Part shown: positions 37,888 to 51,392 of the stretch, in pieces
How the letters are laid out: each line of letters starts with the position of its first letter
Position numbering within the stretch: the first letter of the stretch is position 1
Assembly (NCBI RefSeq): GCF_006345805.1
Contig: NC_042997.1
Location: 143,592,001-143,656,000, forward strand
Reading direction: 5' to 3'
Length of the DNA stretch: 64,000 nt
Origin: Octopus sinensis
Taxonomy: Eukaryota
Notes under the pieces: generated by a model
Told to the model about the DNA's origin: nothing
The model's database searches: none
Seen by the model: only the letters and a program-made list of their open reading frames with translations
Translations under genes and position numbers: made by a program

Positions 37888-38264
37888 TAACCATTTCATT
37901 GTATATTTCAATTTTTTTCATAACCCATATTCCCTTTCTCAATGCGAGAGGTTTATTTCGCTTATCGATAGTTAACAATTTGCCAACCCCACAACTTCAA
38001 GCATTCTCCCTACGTCAATGATTTTGAGACTCTGAAACCAATGATTCACGATCCAATAAGTTGATATCTTTCTTTATTTATACGATTATTAACGTATGTG
38101 TGTGTGTATGTATATTTCAGAGTCTCAAAATCATTGGCGTAGGGAGAATGCTTGAAGTTGTGGGGTTGGCAAATTGTTAACTATCGATAAGCGAAATAAA
38201 CCTCTCGCACTGAGAAAGGGAATATGGGTTATGAAAAAAATTGAAATATACAATGAAATGGTTA
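37888..38264. repeat. Inverted repeat, 150-bp arms, 77-bp spacer
   Basis: 37888-38037 vs 38115-38264, about 2 mismatches; followed by (TA)n. Confidence 0.92.
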
Positions 38265-38298
38265 TATATGTGTATGTATATATATATATATATATTTA

Positions 38299-38401
<103 letters not shown>

Positions 38402-38406
38402 ATATC

Positions 38407-38570
38407 GGAAGTTAATTATCTGACCAGTCGTAAAGTGACCAATGGTTTCACATCCACAAAGCGCTTAGACTTATAGACGATTCGTCAACTCCAATGGCCG
38501 CTTTATTGATTCGAAACCATTGGTCACTCTATGACCAACCATATAATTAACAACCATATAATTAACTTCC
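38407..38570. mobile_element. Foldback carrying a hammerhead 3' half; probable PLE pLTR remnant
   Basis: GAAA-CCA-T-TGG-TC at 38513-38525, inverted copy at ~38435-38449; outer arms ggaagttaattat/ataattaacttcc. Confidence 0.55.
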
Positions 38571-38809
38571 AATAAATATATTACTAATCTAACATTTAGA
38601 GTGTACTTCTATTTCGGATGTACAAACCGTTGACGTTGACGATATATATATATATGTAAATGTAAAAAAATACAAACTGGGACAAGAACGTGAAACATTT
38701 AGAAGACGATACAAAAAACACGGACGGGACATTCGAAGCCTTCAATCTTCAGTCAAGAACCGGACCATCTTCGCAATTTCGGCTGATATATATATATATA
38801 TATATATAT

Positions 38810-39018
38810 ACTCTTTTACTCTTTTACTTGTTTCAGTCATTTGACTGCGGCCATGCTAGAGCACCGCCTTTAGTCGAGAAAATCGACTCCAGGACTTATT
38901 CTTTGAGAGCCTAGTACATATTCTATCGGTCTTTTTTGCCGAACCGCTAAGTTACGGAGACGTAAACACACCAGCATCGATTGTCAAGTGATGTTGAGGG
39001 GCCAAACACAGACATACA

Positions 39019-39049
<31 letters not shown>

Positions 39050-39205
39050 CACATATATACGACGGGCTTCTTTCAGTTTCCGTCTACTAAATCCACTCAC
39101 AAGGTTTTGGCCGGCTCGAGGCTATAGTAGAAGACACTCGGCCCAAGGTGCCACGCAGTGGGACTGAACCCGGAACTACTTACCATAAAGCCATTCCTAC
39201 GCCTA
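38810..39205 (-). mobile_element. SINE group A
   Basis: Consensus match. Confidence 0.93.
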
Positions 39206-39226
39206 TATATATATATATATATATTA

Positions 39227-39309
<83 letters not shown>

Positions 39310-39804
39310 ATACATTTATGTACGCACCTATATGTGATAGTTTTGAAACTTATGGTCTTGAATAGATATTGCTTAAAATCAAGTGACCTAATAAAAAATA
39401 TAATGGGGGAATCCAAAGCTAAAACTGATGGGTGTAAAATACCCAGTGTTCTTGCTAAAGAAGAGAAATTTACACTAAAGTGAATTCGTAACAGAAGTAC
39501 TACCATGTAATAATAGAAGTCTTCGAAATATCGATTAGGTTCTCGACGCAGGAAGAATATTGCAGTTTTAGAATATGGTAAAAATGTAGTTGCTCCGCCT
39601 CACAATGGAATTGCATGTTTTCTTTGATATCTTTATTTTTCACGTATATGTATGAAATGAAAACATTATTTTGAGTTCTTATAAGAGTGAATGACACTAA
39701 TTGAATAGAATGTTTATTGAGTAAAAAAAAGGAAAAAAAAAGAAAAAAACTACTTTCATCTTTCATGCGGGTATTTTTTCTTCCTTACACCGTATTTGTT
39801 TCAG

Positions 39805-39822
39805 TCTACATACATACATACA

Positions 39823-39872
<50 letters not shown>

Positions 39873-39962
39873 ATATATATGAATATATATGTATATATAA
39901 TATATATATATATATAATATATAAATGCATACATATATATATATATATGCATATATACATAC

Positions 39963-40020
<58 letters not shown>

Positions 40021-40093
40021 CATACAAACATATATATAATATATACATGCATATATATATAATATATAAATGCATACATATATATATACATAC

Positions 40094-40126
<33 letters not shown>

Positions 40127-40275
40127 ATATATACATGCATATATATATATATACAGACATATATATAATATATACACGCATAATATATATTATATATATA
40201 TATATATACATATACATATACATACATACAAATATATATATATATACTATATATATATATATATATGCATACATA
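39805..40275. repeat. (TACA)n + long degenerate (TA)n tract
   Basis: Direct reading. Confidence 0.97.
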
Positions 40276-40564
40276 CTGGTTTCTTTGATGAATTAGTTGA
40301 AGACAACTTTAAAGAACAGCAGACGGTGTTCGTATTGGAAACGACACGAGAATAATATCAAAGTGAAGTATAACAATTGGTAAAGAAGGAGTAAGGCGCA
40401 TAATGGGAAAACTCAGGTGTGTTAATGGTAGTAGCGGAATAGAAGTAAGAAATAGAACGATATTATTCTTTATCACGTTTCGAAAATATTCATGTTTCTT
40501 TTTTGTTGTCAAACTCAATGAAAAAAAAAGCAACAAAAACTACGACAAAACAAGAAGCAGCGGC

Positions 40565-40624
40565 AGTAATAATGATGATATGATAATAATAATAATGATG
40601 ATGATGATAATAATAATAATAATA

Positions 40625-40699
<75 letters not shown>

Positions 40700-40705
40700 C
40701 AACAC
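40565..40705. repeat. (AAT)n microsatellite
   Basis: Direct reading. Confidence 0.98.
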
Positions 40706-41060
40706 AGGAACAACAATATCTGTAATGGCAACAAAATTAATAAAAGTTATATTGGCAACATTATATTTTAATATCATAAATGAAATGTGCATTCATAATG
40801 CAAATAGCTGAATACAAAAACAAAAAAAAAGAAAAGATGTTTAACAAAATAGAGGTGAAAAAGAAATAAAGACAATAAATGTCGTCGAAAGAATAACTAT
40901 CTCGTTGATTAGAGGAGAGGACGTTGTTTGTTTGTTTATGTCATTCACTAGTGGTTATAGAAACATTATTTTTAAACATGAGTCTGTCCCTAACTAGATG
41001 GTCATAATATTTGTAGTTATGATGAGGATGACAACGATGCTAATTATGCTCACAGTTTGC

Positions 41061-41062
<2 letters not shown>

Positions 41063-41091
<29 letters not shown>

Positions 41092-41260
41092 CTTTCTTCT
41101 TCTTCTTTCTTCTTCTTTACTTCTTCTCTTCTTCTTCTTCTCTTCTTCTTCTTCTTCTTCTTCTTTCTTCTTTCTCCTCCCCTCCTCTCCCCTACTCCCC
41201 TCTCCTCCTCCCCTCCTCCTCCTCCCCCCTCCTCCTCCCCCTCCTCTTCCTCCTTCTTCT
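41063..41260. repeat. (CTT)n/(CCT)n polypyrimidine tract
   Basis: Direct reading. Confidence 0.97.
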
Positions 41261-41612
41261 TCCGCCGAGGTCGACTTATGCGTTTCATCCTTTCGGGGTC
41301 GATGAAATAGGTACCAATTACGCATTGGGGTTCGATGTAATCGGCTAGCCCCTCCTCTCCCACAATTTCAGGTCTTGTGCCTAGAGTAGAAATGATTATT
41401 TGGCGAGCTAACGGAAATGTTAGCAAGCTGGGTGTCATGTTTAGTGGCACTTCGTCCATCTTTACGTTCTGAGTTCACATTCCGCCGAGGTTCACTTTAC
41501 CTTTCATCCTTTTGGGGTCGATAAATTAAGTACCAGTGGCGTACTGGGGTCGATCTAATCGACTGGCTCTCTCCCCACAAATTTCAGGCCTTGTGCCTAT
41601 AGTAGAAAGGAT
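41260..41612 (+). mobile_element. Two SINE group B copies
   Basis: Consensus match with ccttgtgcct tails. Confidence 0.88.
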
Positions 41613-41614
41613 TA

Positions 41615-41734
41615 TCATTATTATTATTATTTTATTATTATTATTATTATTCTTAGTATTATTATTATAATTATTATAATTATTATTATTTTATATTATT
41701 ATTATTATAATTATTATAATTATTATTATCATTA

Positions 41735-41766
<32 letters not shown>

Positions 41767-41929
41767 ATTATTATTATTACTATTATTATTATTAATTATT
41801 ATAATTATTATAATTATTATATTATTATTATAATTAATATAATATATTATCATTATTATTATTATTATTATTATTATATTATTATTATATAATTATTATA
41901 ATTATTAATTATTATTATTATCATTATTA

Positions 41930-41978
<49 letters not shown>

Positions 41979-41987
41979 ATTATTATA

Positions 41988-42019
<32 letters not shown>

Positions 42020-42020
42020 C
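41615..42020. repeat. Long degenerate (ATT)n tract
   Basis: Direct reading; abuts the 3' end of the R4/Dong LINE. Confidence 0.98.
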
Positions 42021-45000
42021 CTCTTCTTTCAAGTTTGTTCCATTTCTTGCCGAGTGTCTTCTTGATATCTAGGGCAAAGAAACTCACTGTATACATTGGT
42101 AGACCATCAAAATAAAGATACCAGATTGTTCATTTACAAAGTCATGTGATAGAAAAAGCGAAAGAAAGACAGACAGAATAAAGAAAGAAGAAAAGGAAAG
42201 AAAAATCAAAATAAGAAAACAAAGAAAATAAAGGGGTAAAAGGAAAGAACATTCACAGTGACAAAGCTCTTCTCAATTCGTGTGACGTACCAGTTAAGAC
42301 AATCTTTTGCACTTTCTGCATGAATGGTAAACTAGGGATTATCCGTTGTTTTTGGTTTCTTTATATGAACTGTATTTTACTGTAGGTGTTATTTATGAGC
42401 AGCAATGATGTACATCAGAGAAATGAGACTAAATAATGAGAATTTAGATATTAAAAGTTTGTAATAATATTTGCGATTTAAAGATTGTAAAAGATTCAAA
42501 TATTCTCAGGTTATCAGTGTTTTTCTTAGGACAGTACTCATAAGAATAATTTTCTGTTGTTCTGATATGATTTAGGTCCCTGGTATTTGATCACATATTT
42601 ATAAGTATCATTTGATATTACCTTTAAAGTTCTGATGGTTGCAGATACGGTTGTTGTTTTTAGATGCTACATTTTTGAGACCTATTTCAAGGATCTTTTA
42701 TTTACTTAACTTTTCACAGTGTTGCAGTCCGATGGGACTGATATATTTGTAAGCAAACATGGGCTTTTCCATTTTCTTTTTACTACTGGTCAATTGGCTC
42801 ACCAGTTTGAATACGATATCTGGTCAATTAACTCGAAAAGTTTGAATACTAAAGAAGTCCCAAAGAACGGTCATATCTTCATATTCTATTTCTATGACAG
42901 GTTTATGTTCTCAACAGTTCTTCACGTACGAGAGTTCAAACTGATGACATATGATCCAGTGCTGACCAAGTCTAGCATGGCGAATTGTATACTTAGCTGA
43001 AGCTAATATAATACAACCAGAGATGAGGTGGTCAATTGTTACTCCGGTTGTACCACAAAAATGGTAGGATGAGCACCGTCTTTTAGGAATGTTGGATTGG
43101 TAATTTCTTGCCATCAACGAGTCGTATATATAAACATCAGAATCACTGACCCTTGTACGGCATTTATCATATAATCACTTGTTATACATCTTTGAGATTC
43201 CATTGCATGTAGGTTGTGCTTTCATATGTTTTGCTTTCACAGTGGATTCTTCTGTTTCTTCTGGTTGCACCTCAGTTTTGGTGAGCTTTCCCTTCTTTTA
43301 CATGTTTCTTTGTTTTTCTGTTGTTGGGTATAGTTTCTCGGTATTTTCATTCTTGCACACAAGTCCAAGCATCCTGTCATTAGATTTCTTTAGACACCTG
43401 TCTAACTCTATAGCTGCTGTCTTTAGAGGCAGTTGCAACTGCATCATTCCATGTCCTCTATCCTTTCGTGTGATGTCTGTCTACATCTGCCTCTGGGTGT
43501 TGCATGAGATGCAGTTTGAGAAACTTGCTTATTTTTTGTCCATTTTACTAACCTTATTGAATTTTATGATATTAAAGCTGTAGGTCACAACAAATAAAGT
43601 AAGGATATTCACGGCACCAATCTCATTTCTTGCATTAACTTCGACTTTTAGGATAGCTGTAGCTCTACGATAGCATTCTTTCCGTATTTTCTCGTACATT
43701 TGTAGACACTGCATACTATTCATCGCACACAGACCTAAATATTAGCAGTTTTCTTGAGATTCTAATTTTCTTGAGATTGCGTATTTATGAAGGCTAAACT
43801 CCATTTCATATTGTCACCAAATTGCTCTACAATAGTTAAAGCCGTTCCATTCGTTGATTAACTTTCGAGAAAAGCTTTACACCATGCATGTTAAGAAAGT
43901 GATTGTTTGATCTATCGTTTATTTTGCATTCATGTTTTGTATCATTGAACACCTTACGTTGGGGAACGAGTGTCACGAGAAAGAGAATTGGCGAAAAAGA
44001 ATTCCCCTGAAAAATGCTGCAGTTTATATCAAATTATATCACCATCATTCACCATCATTCACCAGATTAAATCACCATCATTATGTCATCATCATTCACA
44101 GTACCCGCCTCTAAATTCAGCATTAGAGTTGCCTTCCAGAGCTTCATACAGTTTGATAGAAAATTGCCAATAACAGGAGAGATTTTATAGATTTCCATTT
44201 CTCAACCCATCTATAAAGAAGGCTATCAAACACTTTTTTGTAATCAATCCATGAAATGGAAAGATTTTTATACTGTTTACTGCAGTTCTCAAGAATCATT
44301 GTATTGATTAAAAGCTGGATTTTACAACTTTATGAGCCACATTTACAACCTTTTTGTTCGTTGGGATATAACTTGTGAACCATCAGGAAGCTAGCTACAT
44401 TTATGTGTATCCAATAATGATGTATGTTAGATTTTGCATGTTTGTTAGACGTAATTGGTCGATAGATTTGGGGTTTATTTGTTTCATCACTTCTGGCAAG
44501 TAAGTCACTTTATCAACCAGGGAGGGATTTTTCCAGGTCCATCCATAATGCTATTGTATCGATGGATCAGTCTCTCATTGTGTTCAAGGGAGAGCATTCA
44601 GCCAGAAGTAAGGGTTGCTATATTCTCCAGGTGATTTCCATTTGTTTGAGGCTCGGTGCAGTCTCAAATCTTAGACAGAGATACCTTCATATTTGTCCAA
44701 TGTCTCATTCCATTTGCATTTTTTGGATTCGACTATTATGATTTCCAAAATTTTGGGATTCCTCCTCTGTGGGTGTGGTTTTAACAGTTACATAAAATAT
44801 TACAGTTTTTCTATAAAAGGTTTTAGGATTGTTTCGGAATATACTGTTATTCTTGAAGTAATTTGATCTTCTGAACTTCCTAATATGTGCTGCTTTGGCT
44901 TGGATCATTTGCTTGATTATTATTCTTTTTATATTATTTCATCGATTTCACTTCCTTTTTTATACCTTATTTCCTTTTCAGTTTTATAACTTTTGGTATC

Positions 45001-45850
45001 TTAATATTTTCTTTGCTCTTGATGATTTGGAGTATTTTAATATCCGATCTATGTACATTAATTGTATTTTTAATTCTCTGTTGTCATGCTGGTTTCCTGC
45101 TTATATGTTGAATGTTTCTCTTTACTTTAATGCCACACAGTGCAATGGTTATTGAAGCTGGTGCATAAAGTAGATTATTCAGTGGGAAAAAACTTCATTT
45201 TCATTCAAGATCGATTTTATAACTGCACTCATCTTACTATTGTTTCATTTGAGCTGCGAACCTTGAAGAGGTCATTGCGACCTCTCAGTTCGATGTGCTT
45301 AACCTTGAACCAATCTGATCCAATTTTTTGTTTTAAGGTTGTCAAATCCAGTATTTGTGTTTGCATTTTAACTGTAATCGATCTCATTTAGATTAGCGTC
45401 AGTGACTATTTTCCCAAATATCTTGGTTTTGGTATGTTCTGTATTACATCTATCCCCCATCCAATACATTGCAGTATAATAGGCCTCTAGAACGTCCTCG
45501 TTTTCTTACCTCGTCCATTTTTGTCTTGTTTTAGCATTATCAAATAAAGATAGTGTGCACAAAGGACCATGGTTTGGGAGTGTCTTGTTAAAGAGAGCCT
45601 TCAATCCTGTGATTTGGAAAGGGATGAAATCATCATTACCGAGCTTTCAAACCTAGATCGCTTTGACACTGAGGGGCTCAGTTATTTTATATCCGGGCGA
45701 CGACTGATTGGCATCCATTTTCTTTACTAGGCATTTTCGAAATATTTGCGTCGTGTGGTATTTGCATCAAAGTGGTATTTTTATAGTAATCCCAACACGT
45801 GGAGTCCCTGCTTGGCAGGAGACAATGCTCTGTTTTTCTCCTTTTATCTT
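42020..45850 (-). mobile_element. Near full-length but decayed R4/Dong-clade RLE LINE with internal disruption
   Basis: RQKWTR.ENEDVLEAYY (~45500); NSIFRNNPKTFY; YRPIT; YRRATAILKVEVNARNEIGAVN; FCGTTGVTIDHLISGC...RH; the 3' end runs into (TAA)n. Confidence 0.85.
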
Positions 45851-45959
45851 GGATTACTACCATTATTTTTATAATTAAATCATATTTCATAGCATTATAT
45901 GGATTTCTTGCAGCATAGTACATAACAACTTCGTGTCTTTATTCAGTTCTTAATTCTTT

Positions 45960-46167
45960 TATTCTTCTACTTGCTTCAGCCATTTGACTGCGGCCATGTT
46001 GGAGCACTGCTTTAACGGGTTTTAGTCGAACACATGGACTCCAGGACTTGTTTTTTTAAAGCTCAGTACTTATTCTAAAATTTCTTTTTGCTGAACCGCT
46101 ACGTTACGAGAACGTAAACACCAACACCAGTTGTCAAGCGGTGATGGGGGACAAACACAGACACCAA

Positions 46168-46215
<48 letters not shown>

Positions 46216-46372
46216 CGTAACGAGATTCTTAAAGTTTCCGTCTACCAAATCTACTCATAAGGCTTTGGTCGGTCCAAGGCTATAGCAGAAGACACCTGAC
46301 CAAGGTGTCACGCAGCGGGAATGAACCCGAAATCATGTGGTTGGGAAGCAAGCTTCTTATCACACAACCACG
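45960..46372 (-). mobile_element. SINE group A
   Basis: Consensus match. Confidence 0.92.
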
Positions 46373-46544
46373 TTTGTTATATAGAGTACTTTTCTATTTA
46401 TTTTTTATTATGCTATTTGTGAACATTTCTTTGCTGATTTATATAGATGTGGGAAGGTGCTTTTAAATGTATGTCTTGTACTAGCAAGATTTTTGTTTGG
46501 TGCAATTCTTTATTGCGTCAGTCAAAATGCTTAGCAGCATTTCT

Positions 46545-46700
46545 TTTCAGCTTTTTTATGCCCTAAGTTCAGACACTGCCAAGATCGACTTTGCGCTTTA
46601 ATCTATCGGGGTCGATAAAATAAATACCAGTTGAGCACTGGGGTTGATTTAGTCAAGTATCTCCCACCCATTACTGGCTTTTTGCCAAATTTGAAACCAT
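46545..46700 (+). mobile_element. SINE group B, diverged
   Basis: Consensus match. Confidence 0.75.
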
Positions 46701-47579
46701 TAATAAATGTTTACAGATACCAGAAATCAGGCTTTGAACAAACATAGATAAGGAGAGAAGAAGAGACAAAGGAAGGAAGAAAGAATAAGGCAGAGAGATA
46801 GATGATAAAAATACATAAATATCATTAATCTATAAATAGATTCAGTAGAAGTTCATTGGAAAAGAAAAGATAGAATAGAATAGAAGATTATAATTTAAAG
46901 TAAGTTGTTATTTGCTTTTTGATAGAGCTAGTATCGGTCGAACTTGTAAGTAAGGTCAACGTAGGGTCAAAGTATGCGACAGAAGTAGCAGGAGCTATTG
47001 ATATTTAGTATTTTCATTGTATGGAAGTGGTGGTAAATTTGATATTAGGAGCGAGCCATGAAGAAAAAAATGGCTAACTTGTCTCACGCTGCTTCTATTT
47101 GTTTTTCCTGATGAATAAATAAAATAATTATATGCATCATTGCTGTATTTACAACATTTAATGGGCGTGCTTTGCGGTGGTATAAATCTTGCTGGAAGTA
47201 TTTAACAGTTTTACAGCGAATCATGGAAACAATTGACTAACTTTGTATCAGTTCCTATTTGTATTTATCACCTTTGATAGAGCAATAAATAAATATCTAC
47301 ACCGCTGCTGTATCTACAGCATTTAATAGGCGTATTTTGAAGTGGTATAAATTCTCTTCGGGGTTTGATCTGTTTTTTAAGTTTGTTAAACTTTTGGCTA
47401 CTCAGTTTTGGCTACGTAGTTTAGGCTACGTAGTTTTGGCTCCGTAGTTTTGGCTTTCATAGTAGTATAGCTTGTTAAGATTTCAACTGTTCGTCTTCTG
47501 CAGTTGATTTCAGTCCTGGAGAGCATTCTGAATTTTCAATTTTGCAGGGACATAAATGCAACCTTCTGACAACTATATC

Positions 47580-49215
47580 TGGTCTGTTGGCCTTAATTTC
47601 ACTATCTGTGTGTATTGGCATATCCCAGAGTATGGTTGCTTTCTCGTTTTCTGTGACCTTTTCTGGTGTGTGCCTATACCATCTTTTTTCTGTTGTTATT
47701 CCATAATGTTGGCATAGTTTCCAGTATATATAGGTCCCAACTTTGTCGTGTCTGTGAATATATTCCTTAGCCAGGACTGGGCAGCCAGAGATAATATGAT
47801 TTATTGTTTCTTGTCCATCTCCACATATTCTGCAGTTACTTGTTATATTTCTTTTCATTACATGTTTTTGGTAATTTCTGGTGGGGAGGCTTTGGTCTTG
47901 TGCTGCAATTAAAAATCCTTCTGTCTCTGCTTTGAGTCCTGAGCTTCTCAACCATTGTTGGGATTTTTCTTTGTCTATTTCTTTTGCATTTAGTTTAGTC
48001 CAGTATTTGCCATGAAGGGGTTTTTCTTGCCATCATTTTATCATGGTTCGTTGCTGTTCTATTTTTAGTTTGGATCTCATTTGTTTTATAGCTTTTGTTG
48101 TTTCTTCATCTTCTTCTTCTTGTTCATATTTGTTAGGTGGTATGATTTCTTGTTTGTATTTGTCAGCTTCCTTAAATACTGAGAACAGTATTTTGTTTTG
48201 CTCGTGTTTTGCCGCTATTTGTATCAGTTTTCCTTCCTTCTGAAGTAGATATTTTTGCAGTCCTATGGTGGTTATTTTATAGTAGTTTTCCAGCTGTATA
48301 AGGCCTCTACCACCATCTATACATTGTATATATAGCCTTTCTATGTCAGATTTTGGGTGATGCATCCTAGATCCTGTCATTATTTTTCTTGTTTTCCTAT
48401 GTGTTTTGGTCAGTTCATTTTGAGTCCAGTTAAGGATATTGTAGCTGTAACTTATAACTGGGACGGCTAAAGTGTTAATACCTATTATCTTGTTTTTAGC
48501 ATTGAGCTCTGTTTTCAGTATTGATCTAACTCGTCTATAATATTCTTTTTTTATTTTCTCTTTCATTTGTGTGTGTTGTGTCTCATCTAGTTCATGGGTT
48601 CCTAAGTATTTGTAAGTTTGGCTTTGGTCTAATTCTTTTATTTCATTGGTTTTATCTAGTGTGATGTTGCTACTCTTAACTAGTTTTCCTCTTTTCAGGG
48701 TTACTTTGGCGCATTTCTCTAATCCAAATTTCATATCTACTTCTTTGGTAAATCCATGAACTGTCTTTAATAGTGTTTCCAGCTGTTTGTCATTTGTAGC
48801 GTATAGTTTTAGGTCATCCATATATAAAAGGTGGCTGATCGTTTTGCCGTAGCATTTATATCCGCATCCAGTTCTGTTTAGCATATCCGATAGAGGTGAC
48901 AGTGCCAAGCAGAAAAGGAGTGGAGAGAGCGTATCTCCCTGGAATATTCCTCTTCTAATGGGGATGGCTTTGGTTTTCACAAGTCCCTCTTTTGTTTAGA
49001 GCTATAGCACTGTTTGCCATTTATTCATAGAGTGCCCTATGTAATTTATAATTGTTGGTGCAACTTTGTTCACGGCTAGTGTTTCGAGGATCCATGTGTG
49101 GGGGATGCTATCAAACGCCTTTTTGTAGTCGATTCAGGCCATACTAAGGCCTTTCTTCTTTCTGTGGCTGTCTTCAGTTATGGCTTTATTGATCATTAGT
49201 TGATCTTTACAGCCA
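47580..49215 (-). pseudogene. R4/Dong-clade LINE RT + CCHC + start of RLE, truncated at both ends
   Basis: IDYKKAFDSIPH; GIFQGDTLSPLLF; HLLYMDDLKLY; YKYLG; CRICGDGQETINHIISGC; RPDIVV; ORFs 48033-48980 and 47475-47951 are in one frame separated by a single TGA. Confidence 0.95.
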
Positions 49216-49236
49216 TATATATTATTATTATTATTA

Positions 49237-49274
<38 letters not shown>

Positions 49275-49288
<14 letters not shown>

Positions 49289-49511
49289 TAGTTTTATTTT
49301 TATAGCGTGCTTTCACTTCACTACCGAGCGCAGCTCTGTGTGCCTTGGGTATGTGCTGTGATTTGTTGTGATGCTCTGATGGCTATTGTATGGAAAGTGT
49401 TCTGCGTAGGATGTGTGCAGTGCCTAGTAGTGCAATTTTCTGTATGTTATATGTGTTTGTAAGTCCTGGTGTTTTTGTTATGTATTTGTCTGAATATTTT
49501 TTTATCATGCC
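49275..49511 (-). mobile_element. 3'-terminal stub of an R4/Dong LINE between two (TAA)n tracts
   Basis: - strand reads GMIKKYSDKYITKTPGLTNTYNIQKIALLGTAHILRRTLSIQ*, then a ~110-bp 3' UTR and (TAA)n. Confidence 0.85.
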
Positions 49512-49608
<97 letters not shown>

Positions 49609-49616
49609 TATTATCA

Positions 49617-49672
<56 letters not shown>
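49511..49672. repeat. (TTA)(TCA)(TTA) compound microsatellite
   Basis: Direct reading. Confidence 0.98.
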
Positions 49673-49674
49673 GC

Positions 49675-50410
49675 AGAATCGTTACCACGCAGATAAAATG
49701 CTCTGTAGCATTTCTTCTGGTTCTTTACTTTTCGAGTTCCGCCGAGGCTGACTTTGCTGTTCATCCTTTCCGGGTCGAAAAAACAAGTACCAGTCGAGCA
49801 CTGGGGTCGTTATAATCGACTGGCGCGCCCTACCTCAAAAGTTCAGTCCTTGTGCCTTATAGTTCCCACAAAAAAAAAAGAAAAAAGAAACAGAACTACA
49901 GAATTTTGCCTAAGAACTTTCCATTGTCGCAGGGACTTGTTTTTAAACAATTTTTCAGATAGGTACATAGACAGACAGAAAGATAGATACATAGATAGAT
50001 AGAAAGATAGATAGATAGGTTTGAATGTAGCTATGTAGACAGGTAGGTAGGTAAATGGATATATAGATTGGTAGGTAGATAGGTAGGTAGGTAGGTGGTG
50101 GACAGATTGATTGATTGATTAATTGATTGTCCGTTCAATACTGCTTATGTGGATTTTTAGATTCTTTCAAGAATCAAATATCAGAAAAATATACAATTCC
50201 TTATAAAATTTCCAAAATTACCGTTGAATTTCCACGAGTGCTGCTACTCGTTAATATTATTATGGGAGAATCTTTAGCTCGCCGGGCAAAATGCTTACTG
50301 GCGTTTCGTCTGCCTCAGTTCAAATTCCGCCGGGATCGATTTTGTCTTTCATAATTTCAGGGTCGATAAAATAAGTACCATTTGAGCACTGGGGTCGATG
50401 TAATCGACCA
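49675..50410 (+). mobile_element. Two SINE group B copies (49675-49865, 50265-50410)
   Basis: Consensus match. Confidence 0.8.
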
Positions 50411-51092
50411 TCACGCAAATTGCAAGCCCAGCTGCTCTGGGTTTTTTCGCGTACAACTGTATGGCATTTCTTGAATATTCATCCGGGTTCGGACGAAAAA
50501 TATTGCTTTGTTTTTACATAAATTATATATTTTTCTTATTTTTCAACATAAACAGCATAAATAAATGAATAAAAAATATAAAATGAACATGAAAAATCCC
50601 ATAAAAACAAAAGATATTGCACTGCAAGACGCGTGTTTAAATGGTAAAAAAAATGATTTAAATATCGATAACTATATAAATACGTTACAATCTCATCCCT
50701 TCTTGATTATAGAACGTGTAAACGAGTCACTATTATTATGACAGAGATAGTAAGGTGAAGTATCAGGAATAATAGAGAACCGCATTAAAAGCCTTATAGT
50801 ATTTGTTGTTGTGAAGCTACAAGTCGATACTGATCGATAAGCATCTATTATTAAAAGTACCCTATCATCATTTTTAAGAGTATATCTTGGACGAGATTAT
50901 TGTATGTTCCTTCATTATTTAAGACAGTAGCATGTAATTTGAAAGAAGTTTTACTGCTGTTTTTATCGCCTGTCTGGTCGGGTTGCCAAATCCTTTCATT
51001 CATTCGTCCATCCATCCAGCCTTTTTCACCTCCTACTATTCCTAGGAGGGTCGTTGGTGTAAAGTCCTCAGGCATCTCCTCTATTGAGTTCT

Positions 51093-51392
51093 AACAGAAG
51101 CGACCGTCATTAAACTTTCCCGCTGGATTTCCAAGCGTGACCAACTGAGTCAATGGATAGGATAAGGATAAAGGCCCTTTCCGAATCGTATAGACTCTGA
51201 CGCATATATTACTCCTTGCACGGGACGCCGGTCCGTCGCAAGATGACTCATTTTCACTAGCTGAGGGGACTGGAGCAACGGGAAATGAAGTGTTCTGCTC
51301 AAGAATACAACGTGTCACCCGGTCCAGGAATTGAAACCACAATCTTACGATCATGAATCCAACACCCCTAACGACTAAACACACGCCTTCAC
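51093..51392 (-). mobile_element. SINE group C, tail type 1
   Basis: Same head and CORE-like segment as 18505; gcgacggaccggcgtcccgtgc tail. Confidence 0.85.

Noticed and set aside
38725-38765. - strand CTGAAGA...CGAATGTC hammerhead-like motif
   Set aside because: GAAA is incomplete and stems I and II do not pair convincingly; at best a decayed relic
48033-48035. In-frame TGA in the R4/Dong ORF as selenocysteine or read-through
   Set aside because: It lies in a non-Cys context (K*WQEKP), is best explained by CGA>TGA decay, and the same copy has other stops
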